From positions 3,552,001 through 3,616,000 of the forward strand of contig CM000208.1 of assembly GCA_000002445.1 (NCBI GenBank): DNA of 64,000 nt. The letters run 5' to 3'. How positions within the stretch are numbered: position 1 is the first letter of the stretch; each line of letters starts with the position of its first letter. The position numbers and the translations under genes were made by a program. Below, in pieces: positions 20,241 through 30,977 of the stretch. The notes below the pieces were generated by a model. That model was not told where the DNA came from. It searched no databases and was given only the letters and a program-made list of their open reading frames with translations. Source of the DNA: Trypanosoma brucei. Lineage: Eukaryota.

Positions 20241-20795
20241 GAGCACTGCTAGCAAAAAGTAAGATCTTAAGCAGTAAAGTAGTACTGAACTGCTTCGCTG
20301 TGCTAATGCCGCGCTCGTTGCTCACACCATTGGTGAAGCCGTTAACTAGTTGGTGCCTTCATTCGTGCTTTTGTCGGTTGTTTTGTTTGTCCTACCGTCA
20401 TGGCTTATCTCAGACGGTTTCTGGCTTCGGAGGTTTGGCCAATAAACGAACATGGTTGCGCACTGGATGAGGGGGGGGGGTATTCCGAAACAAACTAAAC
20501 GACTATGTTATTGCTTTTGCTGGAGCTTACTTGCCCATCCTTACACTCCTTTCTTCCTATGCGCATACCGTTTTTATATATGTGCACTTGGGGTTGTATG
20601 CGTATTTGCTTCTTCAAGTTTCCTAAACGCCTTCGTCACTGTTGGCATATATACGCTTTTTTGCTGTCAGGGGTTGCGCCATGTCGTTTCTTGGTGGCAT
20701 ATTTGCTTTTGCTACTTCGGTAAGAAAAGGGGGAAAAATCGGTGAGAGAGTGTGTCTCCCATTGTGCAACGTTCTCATACTTGCCAAAGTGCTCA

Positions 20796-20843
20796 TTTTC
20801 CGATTTTGTCTCCCAACGTTGTTTTCCTTTCTCTTTTTTTTAG
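20796..20843 (+). promoter_or_regulatory. Polypyrimidine tract plus AG: candidate trans-splice acceptor for the 20861 gene.
   Basis: gctcattttccgattttgtctcccaacgttgttttcctttctcttttttttAG lies 17 nt before ATG 20861. Confidence 0.5.
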
Positions 20844-20860
20844 AGCGACGGAGCCCGTTC

Positions 20861-23800
20861 ATGACTCAACCGGTGGATGACAGTTGGTATGATGCTGAAC
20901 TCCTTGATGCGCTGCTGGGGAAAGAGGACGTTGACCCTTCACATGTACCGCTCTCGTCGCTGGCGGCCGCAGCACCCGCGACAACACCGAAGGGGTCTTG
21001 TAGGGCTTTAGAGATTACTGATTTGGGTCATCCGCGCCTCTTTATGATTGGCGGTTCCCTCTTTTCACGATACTGCAGGCCTTCTCCAGCCCTGCAGTAT
21101 CATCGAGCTCGTTTTCACTGGTCTCGCCTCTCGTGGCTGGATTACAGTGCCATTTACTGTCCTTTCACAAAGCAGTTTCTCTCTCCGCGTTCCCCGCATT
21201 GGAGTCACCTCGTCTCAGCTGGTTTTGGCACCCCTCGCCGTTTGCTTTTTGGTCGAAGCATCGTTCTGGTGGAGCCCCAGAAGCTGCAAGCACTAGCAGC
21301 TCACATTCAACAATCGAAAGAGGGGAATGCTGTTTCCGGGAAGAACCCAACTGCAATGTGGAGTCCTCCACTGCAGCAGACATTAGGCCTTCTTCTCGAG
21401 ACGCTGCCCTACCATGACGAGACTTCTTTAGCGCGGCGAGTGCAAGAGGTGTTAAGTGCGGGGGATACCGGAGCTGGCACCGGTCGCCGCATACCGCTGG
21501 GTCTTTATAACCATGTGCCCGATGTGAAACGCGTCATGCCGCCGCCGCGGAGTTCTCAGGAGGGGGAGGAGGAGGAGCTCGCACAAAATGACGTTGATGC
21601 CGTTGAAGTTGTGGCCCTGGGGGAAAGTTACTTGCGACGGGTTCTTCCCTGGCGCACTGCAGTGCTGCAGCACCGTCCCAAAATGAAGTTAAATATGAAG
21701 GTGGGACACAAGGAAATGGTGGGTTTGTCATCTGAAGGTGCCGACCTGCATCCTGCACACAGCAAAGCCGATGTACTGGTAGAACGTTATTCCTTACTGT
21801 GTTCCACCCCCTGTTGTGTTCCGAAGACCCAAATGGCTTATTTGTCTCTCCGTTACGTGCCCGATGTTCCGGTGATGCAAGTTGTTGTGGACGCGCTGCT
21901 TCGCACTGAGGAAACAGAGTATGTGTTTTACTGCCCAATTGAACACGGTGTCGACTGTCACACAGTGGTGGATATTGTAGCATACCGGGTACGGCGCACG
22001 GGGGACGGAGATGTGCGGGCCGCTGAACGCTTCCCAGTGCTTCATTTGGGGCTGCATGCAAACCCTACCGACTCTTCCGTTGCGCCTGTCATTGTCGTCA
22101 TCGGAAATGCCCATCTACTTTCACAGCGTGCTATTTCCCGCCTTCTGGATCAGTGGACACGTAATGGTGCCGCCGCCGTCGCGGTTAGACGAAGGAATGG
22201 TGGTAGCGGTGACAACGGGAACAGTGATGTCGGCATCGATGCGGATGAGGCCGTTGGGCGGAGTTGGCGGGGACGGGAGTTACTGCTGCGAATAGGGGAT
22301 CCACTGCGCGCTATCGCTTGTGGCGTGCCCCTCTTTGGGAATGTCCGTGCAGTGTTTGTCTCCTACTCTGCATTTGATTGTGCTCCTAGTGATTGCTCAG
22401 CTCACTCCCCGGGACTAAATAACAGCGTGTCATGCGTTCGTAGTGCCAACGCCACCGTTCACGTTCTTAAACCTTTGCGTGAAGGTGTTTTCACTCTCGA
22501 AGAGCCGGTTGTTGCAGCGCTGAGACGAGTAGCCCCGACGTTCCAGAGGCGAATGGACGTGTCGGATAGACGTTTGTTTATTAAGGAAGTGTGTGATGTC
22601 ATTTCAAGCACACACGTTTCCACACTCTCCAACAGGGGTGCGGACAGACATGGGTGGACAACGTCACCCGATGACAGTTATCGCGAGGAAGATGTCTTAT
22701 TACACTTGTATGAGGCTGTGGAAGCGTTTCTAGAATGCCCAGTGAAGAGCGGGGATGTCAGCCTCCTATCGTGTGCCCATTTGATGACAAAGTACCCTGA
22801 ACTCGCGACGGCGCGCATCCGGCATGAGCTTATTCGCGAGTTCCCCCTCTACGTGGAAATGAATAAAAGTGAACTAACGGTTTGCTCAGCTGTTTCGGCT
22901 CCGGCACCAGACAGTGTCGTTGAGTGCGCGGCTGGTGGGTCCGGGTCTTGTGAGTGTGCTGCTGGATTTAATATTCCCCTGGTGAGCAGTCGCCGTCTCG
23001 CACGCAAGAAAGCTGAGGAAGAACACGACTCACTCAAGAAAACGTACGTTCTAAATGCGACACTGGATCGTGTCGTCACCTCTGACGCCAGTGGTTGTGG
23101 CTCTTCATTCACATCCGTTATCATGCGGGGCTCTGAGCATCAACGGTACGAATGCCCGATTGAGCACAGTTACCAACCCTTCTTTGAGCCCCCTCTGTTG
23201 CTGGGTCGTTGGAGTCAAACACTTCTTTTCTGCGCTCCTGTGGTTGCCGATACGGTAGCGCTGCGGTGCGTGCTGCTGCATGCCGCGGAGGCTTCGGTTC
23301 GTGACGATGACACTATCAATGTGGTTGACGTGGATATATTTTGTGTGGATTACGTGAAATATCCCCCTGAACGCCGCTGTCGCTTGTTTGGAGTGAGATT
23401 GCGCTTCGCTACACGTGATGGGTTCACAAAAGGTACCGTTAAGGATTGCTCAGCACGTGAGTGGGCGACGGAAATGTTGGAACATGCGCTCGCTAAGTGC
23501 GCCGTCAGTGCAGAGTTATTTCCGCTGTGGACCAGTTCTGAACTAAGGAAGCAGAGAACCTGTCGTCATGTTACACAAGGTAGTGGAGTGGCCGGCACCT
23601 TCGTACCACACTTTCGTTTTGAGGCGTTGGATGAGTGTGTGAGAGCAGCACAACCTAACGTAGTGGAACAGCGACTATTTGCGCTTGGATTTGTTCAATG
23701 TGGCCCACTATGCCTCACTGTCGGCTCCCACGTAATTGCGTTACGCGACATATCCTCCAATATAAAACGAGGGACACTGTGCCGCGTTGTTCGCTTCGCT

Positions 23801-24403
23801 CCGATGATGGTCGCACACGAGTTCGGGGCGCCAGTGGATCGAATGGTCCAATGCTTTTTTGAGCAGCAGAGATGTAAAGGTGGCGGTATGGGGGCATTAC
23901 CCGTAGTGCGGCCAGTGTTACAACCAAATAATTTGCAGGTCACCCCATTCGGGGAAGCGGATGAAAGTGAGAGGGAAACAAGAGATGAAGAGGCGTTAGT
24001 TATTCCCGCCGTAAGTTTGGTCGGTGGATACCGGTCGTTACACTATTATGCACTGCCGGCACTGCAGCTGCCGCTTCTCGTGCCGTCTCAAGCCGCAGCC
24101 GCCTCCACTCTTTTTCATCCACTCTTTGCACACCAAGACAGTTTACTGGAGTTCGCTTCAGCGGAGACTCGCTCAAAGGCTGCGACGATGATAATGTCGC
24201 TACCACCTTCCTTAGGTGCGCGGAGAAGTGTGTCATGCGCGTTTTTGTATGATGCTGTCTTTGACGACGGAGAGTCCGGAGCTGAAGTTCATGAAGAGGG
24301 CGGGCAGTTTCCCCCTCATGGGAGTAAGGGCAGTGCTTCTCCCTCTTATACTGTGTGTTGTGATGTACTATCGGCGCTTTCACTTTTCCCATTGAGGGTG
24401 TAG
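20861..24403 (+). CDS. Large hypothetical protein (about 1180 aa), no recognisable domain.
   Basis: Continuous ORF with gene-like codon usage. The ORF-track start at 20642 is TTG, and the in-frame N-terminal 73 aa are F/L-rich translation of a pyrimidine tract. ATG at 20861 (MTQPVDDSWYDAELLDALLGKEDVD) follows polyY+AG 20796-20843 directly. Alternative ATG at 20681. Confidence 0.55.
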   Translation: MTQPVDDSWYDAELLDALLGKEDVDPSHVPLSSLAAAAPATTPKGSCRALEITDLGHPRLFMIGGSLFSRYCRPSPALQYHRARFHWSRLSWLDYSAIYCPFTKQFLSPRSPHWSHLVSAGFGTPRRLLFGRSIVLVEPQKLQALAAHIQQSKEGNAVSGKNPTAMWSPPLQQTLGLLLETLPYHDETSLARRVQEVLSAGDTGAGTGRRIPLGLYNHVPDVKRVMPPPRSSQEGEEEELAQNDVDAVEVVALGESYLRRVLPWRTAVLQHRPKMKLNMKVGHKEMVGLSSEGADLHPAHSKADVLVERYSLLCSTPCCVPKTQMAYLSLRYVPDVPVMQVVVDALLRTEETEYVFYCPIEHGVDCHTVVDIVAYRVRRTGDGDVRAAERFPVLHLGLHANPTDSSVAPVIVVIGNAHLLSQRAISRLLDQWTRNGAAAVAVRRRNGGSGDNGNSDVGIDADEAVGRSWRGRELLLRIGDPLRAIACGVPLFGNVRAVFVSYSAFDCAPSDCSAHSPGLNNSVSCVRSANATVHVLKPLREGVFTLEEPVVAALRRVAPTFQRRMDVSDRRLFIKEVCDVISSTHVSTLSNRGADRHGWTTSPDDSYREEDVLLHLYEAVEAFLECPVKSGDVSLLSCAHLMTKYPELATARIRHELIREFPLYVEMNKSELTVCSAVSAPAPDSVVECAAGGSGSCECAAGFNIPLVSSRRLARKKAEEEHDSLKKTYVLNATLDRVVTSDASGCGSSFTSVIMRGSEHQRYECPIEHSYQPFFEPPLLLGRWSQTLLFCAPVVADTVALRCVLLHAAEASVRDDDTINVVDVDIFCVDYVKYPPERRCRLFGVRLRFATRDGFTKGTVKDCSAREWATEMLEHALAKCAVSAELFPLWTSSELRKQRTCRHVTQGSGVAGTFVPHFRFEALDECVRAAQPNVVEQRLFALGFVQCGPLCLTVGSHVIALRDISSNIKRGTLCRVVRFAPMMVAHEFGAPVDRMVQCFFEQQRCKGGGMGALPVVRPVLQPNNLQVTPFGEADESERETRDEEALVIPAVSLVGGYRSLHYYALPALQLPLLVPSQAAAASTLFHPLFAHQDSLLEFASAETRSKAATMIMSLPPSLGARRSVSCAFLYDAVFDDGESGAEVHEEGGQFPPHGSKGSASPSYTVCCDVLSALSLFPLRV

Positions 24404-25525
24404 GATGTGACTGTGGTGCTCACCTGTATTTAGTTCCGCAACATCAAGCAAATGCCAACGAAGCCTTACATTGTATCGTCTTGCTAATGTTTTCTGTGTC
24501 TTGTTGCTATTTATCCTTTGCTCCCTCGGCTTAGATTGTTGTTGGTGTAGGTGCATGACATCCCTTTCGCACTCCCAGCATTTTATTCTTCACATTTGTC
24601 TCTCCACAGATTTTAAAAAAATTTTCCAAACTCATATAATGTTACATCTGCCTCGTGAAGTTTACCCTCAGTTTATCATAATGCGCTGACAGCAGTTGGT
24701 ACGGAGGGCAGTAAATAATGGCTTATTTTTTTTTTTAATTGTTAAACTGGTGTGGTTAATATTCACAGGGTTGCTTGCGCGCCCCTTTCTCTTCTTGTCA
24801 CTGAGTTTTGCTCCTCAGTGCTGTCTTTTTTTTCTTTGCTGTTGTTTCATTTCCTATTTTCATTCTTTTTTTTTTCACCTCCCCCCCATAGCTTCGTCGC
24901 TGTGGTTTTCGTGAGCACCTTATAAAATCAAATTGTGGAGGTGAAGAACTTATTTATCAACTGCTTTTCACTCCCTTTTTTCATTTCCCTCCATTAACGG
25001 CAGGAGCATCTTTTTTTTTTTTCGGTCTCACACACAAAGCCCCTCGCAGCGGGCTATTTTTCGTAGCAAGAGAGAGCCCGAAATTTTTTTTTTAAAAAAG
25101 GAAAGTTAGGAAGATATTAAAAGGAGAAAAACAGGAAAAAGGTTGACACAAGAAAACCACAAATTCCGTCAGCGGTCGCTGGTGAAATCTATCAACAGGG
25201 AAGGTGAGGGAGCGAATTTTCTTCTTTTATTATATATACATACATATATATATATAAAGAAAACGAAGCTAGCAAGGTGAAGCAAATTTTTTTAAAAAAA
25301 CAGGCAAACAAAGCACTCCTGCACGTACTATCACGTGGTTGTAGCATTTTCGCACAGTGACCCCCTTTAAAAACAACAACAACAACAACAACAAAAGGAT
25401 CCATTGAGGTTATTAGCGATTAAAACAGGTTTACCACTTACTTCATTCCGTCAGGGAGGGATTCCTTACACGCGCACACAAACGTCGTATCTACACGTAA
25501 ATTTATTTCATATTATTTTTCTACC

Positions 25526-26383
25526 ATGAACGATGCCGGTATGGGAAACTGGAGGGGGCCGCACATGGAAGTGAATGCCTCAGTTCCTCACAGCGGCGGC
25601 CCAATAATGACGCCCGCCGACGCCTACCGCGCTGCTCACGGCTCAATTCTTAAACTCCAACAGGGTTTGATTGGCCATGAGGAACAAGTAATGGGAGTAG
25701 TGCATCACATTCACTCTCTTGTCAGCGTGATTGAATCTCTACGGAAGCATTATGAAACGGTGGTAGAGGAACGGGATTACATTAAACGAACTCTGGAGGA
25801 GGCGGAGGAACGTTTGAAGGGTGTTCAGCGCTTACTGCAGCGCTACACGTCGGTAAATGATCCCGTGGTTGCCTCGGATGGGTACACTTACGAGCGGGAA
25901 GCGATCACCTCATACCTGGAGGAGTGCCAGTCGATGAATAATGTACCCGTGTCGCAACAAACAGGGGAGGAGCTGACGATGATGTTACTTCCCAATCGTT
26001 CTTTCCAGCGTTTTTTAAGCCAATTAATGGACGCAAAACCAGTGGAGGGCCGACACAGCAGCGGTAGCAGTGGAAACAGCAAGACTAACGCTACTGCCAT
26101 AAACACAGGTTCAGCAAATGGACAGAACACCGTAAGGGAAGAAATTGGAGGTGAAGACACTTCAGCGGGACCTAACAGTGAGCGATTGCACCCATGCATT
26201 CGGGTGTATGGCTACTGCAACTATAAGGATAGTTGTGCTTATGCGCTTTACCCATATGATGCTTGTCTTTCACATTTAAAGGGGAAATGCCGATTCCGCT
26301 CGCAGTGCCACGAGCGTCACGTGGACTTCCGTGGTCAATTAAATCAGGGCGATGCTGGTGGTGACACTCGAGGTGGTGGTTAA
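25526..26383 (+). CDS. U-box (PRP19-like) plus CCCH zinc-finger protein, paralogue A (285 aa).
   Basis: Coiled-coil, then U-box core YTSVNDPVVASDGYTYEREAITSYLEECQ...VPVSQQTGEELT (cf. PRP19 [44 protein letters not shown]). Then HPCIRVYGYCNYKDSCAYALYPYDACLSHLKGKCRFRSQCHERH = C-x6-C-x5-C-x9-C-x7-C-x5-C-x3-H, whose last four ligands form a canonical CCCH. Confidence 0.7.
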   Translation: MNDAGMGNWRGPHMEVNASVPHSGGPIMTPADAYRAAHGSILKLQQGLIGHEEQVMGVVHHIHSLVSVIESLRKHYETVVEERDYIKRTLEEAEERLKGVQRLLQRYTSVNDPVVASDGYTYEREAITSYLEECQSMNNVPVSQQTGEELTMMLLPNRSFQRFLSQLMDAKPVEGRHSSGSSGNSKTNATAINTGSANGQNTVREEIGGEDTSAGPNSERLHPCIRVYGYCNYKDSCAYALYPYDACLSHLKGKCRFRSQCHERHVDFRGQLNQGDAGGDTRGGG

Positions 26384-26405
26384 TGGCTGGTGTTATGAAA
26401 GGGGC

Positions 26406-26430
26406 GTGCGTGTGTGTGTGTGTGTGTGTG
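26406..26430. repeat. (GT)n microsatellite directly after the stop codon of U-box/CCCH paralogue A.
   Basis: gtgcgtgtgtgtgtgtgtgtgtgtg. Confidence 0.9.
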
Positions 26431-27448
26431 AGACATTGTTACGTTTTCTCTCGATTGATATATGCATATACATATATATACCAAAGGATGTATACATACA
26501 TATATTTCTGCTTCAGAGGGTTAAATGAGAAGGAAAAAAAAACTGAAAGTGTAAGTGAACATTTATGTGAACGTGTTAGTGCTTGCGTTTGTGAGGTACT
26601 GAGTCGTGGTGGGTTTGGGTACCACGGGTTGTGTGAGAATAACATGCAAGTGAAAGCCAGTGACTCGTCAGTGGAGGGTGGAGAAGAATGAAGTTGGAGG
26701 TTAAAATAAATGAGGTGATGCATCATACGGCCGGTTACCTCAACGTGTCGGGGGCTGCGGCGTTTTCGTTGTGTTGATGTGCTTTTTGGGGTCCACAACT
26801 CGAGCCGCACTGCTGCTTTTCTTTCTTTTTTTTTGTTTTGTTTTGTTTAGGATTTTGATTTTCTCCCTTGTATCCGTGGTTATGTTGTAGTTGGTGTTGC
26901 CCGGGATAAATTTCACATGCTTTTACCTGAGGATGCGGAAGGGAAGAAAACTGCTGTTTTGTTCGGTCGGTCGTTTTGTTTTCACTTTTATCTTCTTGGT
27001 AATAACTGTTTGTTCTTTTTGTTTTTTTTTGCTTTTTTTTTGTTTCGTTTTTTTAAAAATATTTTCCTCACCTCGATTCTCTCATTGTTGACGTTGTCGT
27101 TGATGGTTGCATTTCTCATTTTTCGTTTGTTTGTTTTGAATTAAAGTTTTCCTTTTATGTTTCCTCCACAGTTTCCCCTCTTCGATTCGGTACGATGTGC
27201 TTATTTTTCCTCACACACGCACGCACAAACTCCGCCTCCGGTCGCGTCTTCTCGTCGGAACTTCAACTGGAGGAGAGAAGAAATAATATATATATATATA
27301 TATTTAAAGAAAGAGAAAGAAATGAATTACAACAAAAGCAAATAAAAGAGTAAATAACGTAACGTCACGCAACGGAGGGGAGGGGAGGGGATGGAAGGGG
27401 AAAAGAAAAGTATGCGAGTGAATGTAATTGAATAAATGAAGTTAAGAA

Positions 27449-27471
27449 TATATATATATATATATATATAA
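27449..27471. repeat. (TA)n microsatellite. A second (TA)n lies at 27286-27304.
   Basis: atatatatatatatatatatata. Confidence 0.9.
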
Positions 27472-29160
27472 ACGGGTATGAATGGGGAGCAGGAGAAAAG
27501 AAGAGGGAAAAGAAAAGGGTGGGAAATGCAGGCGCATGTAACCAAGCAAGAACAACTGAATCAAATAAACAACATGACAAAAGGAAATAAAAGGGAAAAT
27601 GAAAGGGGATATAAAAGGAGGAGGAGGAGGAGAAAAAACAAAATTCCATAAAATGTCTTATGAGAAAAGGAAACACGGGTGGAAGGGGATGCCAATATTA
27701 GAGAGGGAGATTATTACTAGTAAAAGAAAGGTTTGATTAAGTGTGGGGAAAGGGCTGGTTTAACAACGATAATAACAAGGGGGGAGTGTTGCTTTTTATT
27801 TTGTTTCTGGTTGTTGTTGGTGTTGTTGGTTTTCTTTTCCTTTTTTTTTTGTGTGGGGAGGGAGAGGTGTGAGGAGTCGTGGGGGAGCTTTGTTAAATAG
27901 GGCGAAATGTTGCCATGAAAGGCGGTGAGGAAAGTAAAGGAAAGAAAAAAAAGGGTGGAAAGGAGTAATAATAAAAATAATAGTGGTAATAATAATAATG
28001 TGAGGGAGGGAGAGAGTGACACTTTCGCATTGCGCAACCGTCGTGCTTGTCTTCCTCTTTGGATGTCCGTTTTCCTTTTCTTTTCTTTTCTTTTTTTCTT
28101 TTTTGTTTTGTTTTGTTTTTTGAGCGAGAGAATGAGCAGGAGCGTCATGTTAACGGTGGACTGAATTGGTTTCCGTGTGCAAGTGATGTTGGAGAGAGAA
28201 ATGTGGGTTCATTTTATTTATATGTTGGACTCTTCACAGACTTTACTCTTCTTTCTTTTTCTTTTTCTTTTTGTTGTTGTTGTTGTTGTCAGCTTCCTCG
28301 TCCCCCGCGTGGCTTCACAAGCGTTGCTGAGGATTTGCTCATGCGCGCATGCTGTCGCTCAAAATCTCACAGAGAATGCAAAGGAAAAAAAAACATGTAA
28401 ACACAGAATAATATGCGCAACGTTTGCAGGGGGAATAGATGGCGACATTTTTCTTTTTCTTTTTTGTTTTGTTTTTCTTTTGTCATTCTTCTTCTGCGTT
28501 TTTTAAAGTTTTTTTAGTTTTTTTTCCCTCTTCTGTTCAGGTTCTTTGAAATTTTGTATATGTTATGAGTTTGGGCATCTTTTGCTCTTTGGTTACCGTA
28601 TTCTGCGTGAAGGAAGTTGTGAATGTTCGGATGGTAGAAACATTATGTCTTCGCGTTTGTAGTTGAATATGTGCGTGATTTTGCTTCCCCCTTTTTCGTT
28701 TGTTTTTTTTTGTGTTTTTTTTGTTTGTTTGTTTGCTTGTGTGTGTGTGTTTGTGTGTGTTTGTGTTTTCCCTCACCTTCACCACCAGTACCGTTTCTAT
28801 ATAAACACGGAAGGTGGAAATAAAACGAAAAAAAAAAAGAAGAAACGAAGCAAAACAAAAAAAAACTAATAATAATAATAAGGCAGGTACAAAAGGAAGC
28901 AAATAAACCTGGGTGACACGAAGTTATTGTGTGAGTTCCATGGAAGATCTTATTTTTGCAGAAACAAGTGTTTGGATATCCCCATGTGTCCGCGTATTTG
29001 CGGAGAATGCGAAGGGTAATCACACATTTCTGTGCTTCAAAGAAAAAAACAAACAAACAAATAAATAAATAAATGTATAAGTTGAGTGGGTGTTTTTGTT
29101 TTTTTTTCATGCGTTTGTTTGGCGTGCGTTCAAACTCTCTAGTCAGTTTCGTTCTGCCCT

Positions 29161-29222
29161 TGTTTTTATTTTTATTTTTATTTTTATTTTTATTTTTGTA
29201 CTTTTCTTTTCTTTTCTTTTTT
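29161..29222. repeat. Hexamer (TTTTTA)6 followed by a pentamer (CTTTT)n.
   Basis: tgtttttatttttatttttatttttatttttatttttgtacttttcttttcttttctttt. Confidence 0.9.
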
Positions 29223-29323
29223 ACTTTACTTTTCATGCCTCCTTTCCTGCCTCTCATACATACCAAACACACGCGCATAAACATTTCTCCTTTCTTTTCT
29301 ACAGTGACATAGCACAACTACAA

Positions 29324-29370
29324 CTGCTGCTGCTGCTGCTGCTTCTTCTTCTAGAGGAGGAGGAGGAGGG
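29324..29370. repeat. Adjacent trinucleotide runs (CTG)6(CTT)4 ... (GAG)5.
   Basis: ctgctgctgctgctgctgcttcttcttctagaggaggaggaggagg. Confidence 0.9.
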
Positions 29371-30418
29371 AAGCAGAAACTTGCAGACCTGCATGCTTTT
29401 CTTTTTTCTTTTTCATTTCATTTCATTTCTTTTTTTTTTGTTACCTCTTCCTTTTCTTTTTTCTTTCTTGTTAACGAAAGGAAAACGAAAAAAAAAATGA
29501 GAAAAATGAAAAGAAGAAGAGAGAACACACGAGTATCATTTGCTGTTGTTACGTACGCTTCACATACTCTTCCACCATACTCTCTCTCCCCCTCCATCTG
29601 TCTTAACTGTACTGCTGTCTGTTTATTGTTGTTTTTCTCGCACTTATCTGAACGGCATGACTACTGTTATGATATTCTCATCTTTTTGTCGCCCTATTGT
29701 TTTCTTTTTTCTTTTTTATTTTTTTACTTTTTGCTTCTTTGTATAAAAGTGTATGTCTATATAACAGTGAAGCGAGAAAGTATGAGATGTTATCATTGTT
29801 CATCCTTTACTTCCCTGATCCGCAAAACCCCTTAAAAAAAAAAAGAGAAAAGAGGAAGAGAGAAAGAAAAAAAAAAAAAGAAACACCTCTCCCTCCCCTC
29901 TTCCCTATTTCATTATATCGCCCCACCTCCCATCTCTTCTCTCCGTCTTTTGTTTACCTGATGTGGCTTTTTAAACCGGTTCCCGCATGCCGGAAATGAC
30001 TGTGCAGCGACTTGGGCATCGCTTTTATTTCATTTGTGCATAATGTGATGCAGGGGAGGAGATGGGTTGGGGTTAATGAAACCAGACACCACCACCGTGG
30101 GCTCATGAGGAGAGTGTAGTGGTAGTGGTGGTGGTGGTGGTGGGTTGTAGAGGGAGAGGGAATTCCATACGTGCGGGTAGGATTGCCTTTCCGTGCATAT
30201 ACACGTGTGGAGGGAAAAATAAATTGTGTTATTTAACGGCTTCACGAAGGGGGAGGGTGGGTGGTTTGCAAGGGAAGTTCTGTGGGAAGGTAAGCCATAG
30301 AGGTGCGTATGTGTACGTGCGTGGGGGTAGAAATCGGAACAAAATGGACAATGACCTGCCAGCGTGGTGCTATTGCGATGTGATTTGTGTTCCATTTTGA
30401 CGTTTCTTGCAGGGTGTT

Positions 30419-30431
30419 GGGGGGGGGGGGG
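30419..30431. repeat. G13 homopolymer. Similar G10-12 runs at 15857, 20471, 32337, 50551 and 52891, and C10 at 34486.
   Basis: agggtgttggggggggggggggctccacc read directly. All these runs are intergenic and on the sense strand. Confidence 0.8.
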
Positions 30432-30977
30432 CTCCACCGACGCCCTCCTGTTGTTGCAGAGTTGACTCTGTAGATATTTGTGGGAGTCTTTTCATGTTTA
30501 TTTGCTCCAATTTTGATGATCTTCTTCATCAGGTTGAACGATTCGATTGTGCTGCTGAGGGTGGAGGAGTGCAGTGCGCTGCACGGACTTGCAACCGAGA
30601 GTTTTGTTGTTTGTTTGTAATCGCCATCCTATTCCCTCCTTCCCCACCCCAACAAATGATTCCCCCGACCTTATTTCGTGTCTTGCTACTTTTACTGCGG
30701 TTACGCCCCTTTGTTAAGGGTATTGTCTCATGTTTTTATTTCTACTTTTCACATGCTGTTATCTCTCTCGCTCACACACACATGCATATATATGTATATA
30801 TAGTTTTTTTTATATTTTCATACCCTTGGCGACACTCAATTCCACGTAGGGGCGCGCCTCGGTTTAGCACCACAAGTAGAAGCAAATAAGAGACAATAAT
30901 CACGCGCAAGCGCGTACACGAGAGATCAAGTAGCTGTACGCGTACTGGAAACAAAAGCAAATCTTTCGCGGTGGATC

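Noticed and set aside
20642-20860. N-terminal 73-aa extension of the large ORF (MAYIRFFAVRGCAMSFLGG...FLERRSPF)
   Set aside because: It starts at TTG and is F/L-rich translation of a pyrimidine tract that ends in a perfect polyY+AG acceptor just before ATG 20861. A start at ATG 20681 remains a weaker alternative.
28643-29317. 224-aa minus-strand ORF and other 100-220 aa ORFs in the gaps (e.g. 32926..33465, 34715..35248, 46280..46801, 38645..39067, 55766..56209)
   Set aside because: Their translations are homopolymeric or low-complexity (poly-K/N, poly-F/L/C) and come from microsatellites and poly-purine or poly-pyrimidine tracts. They have no gene-like codon usage.
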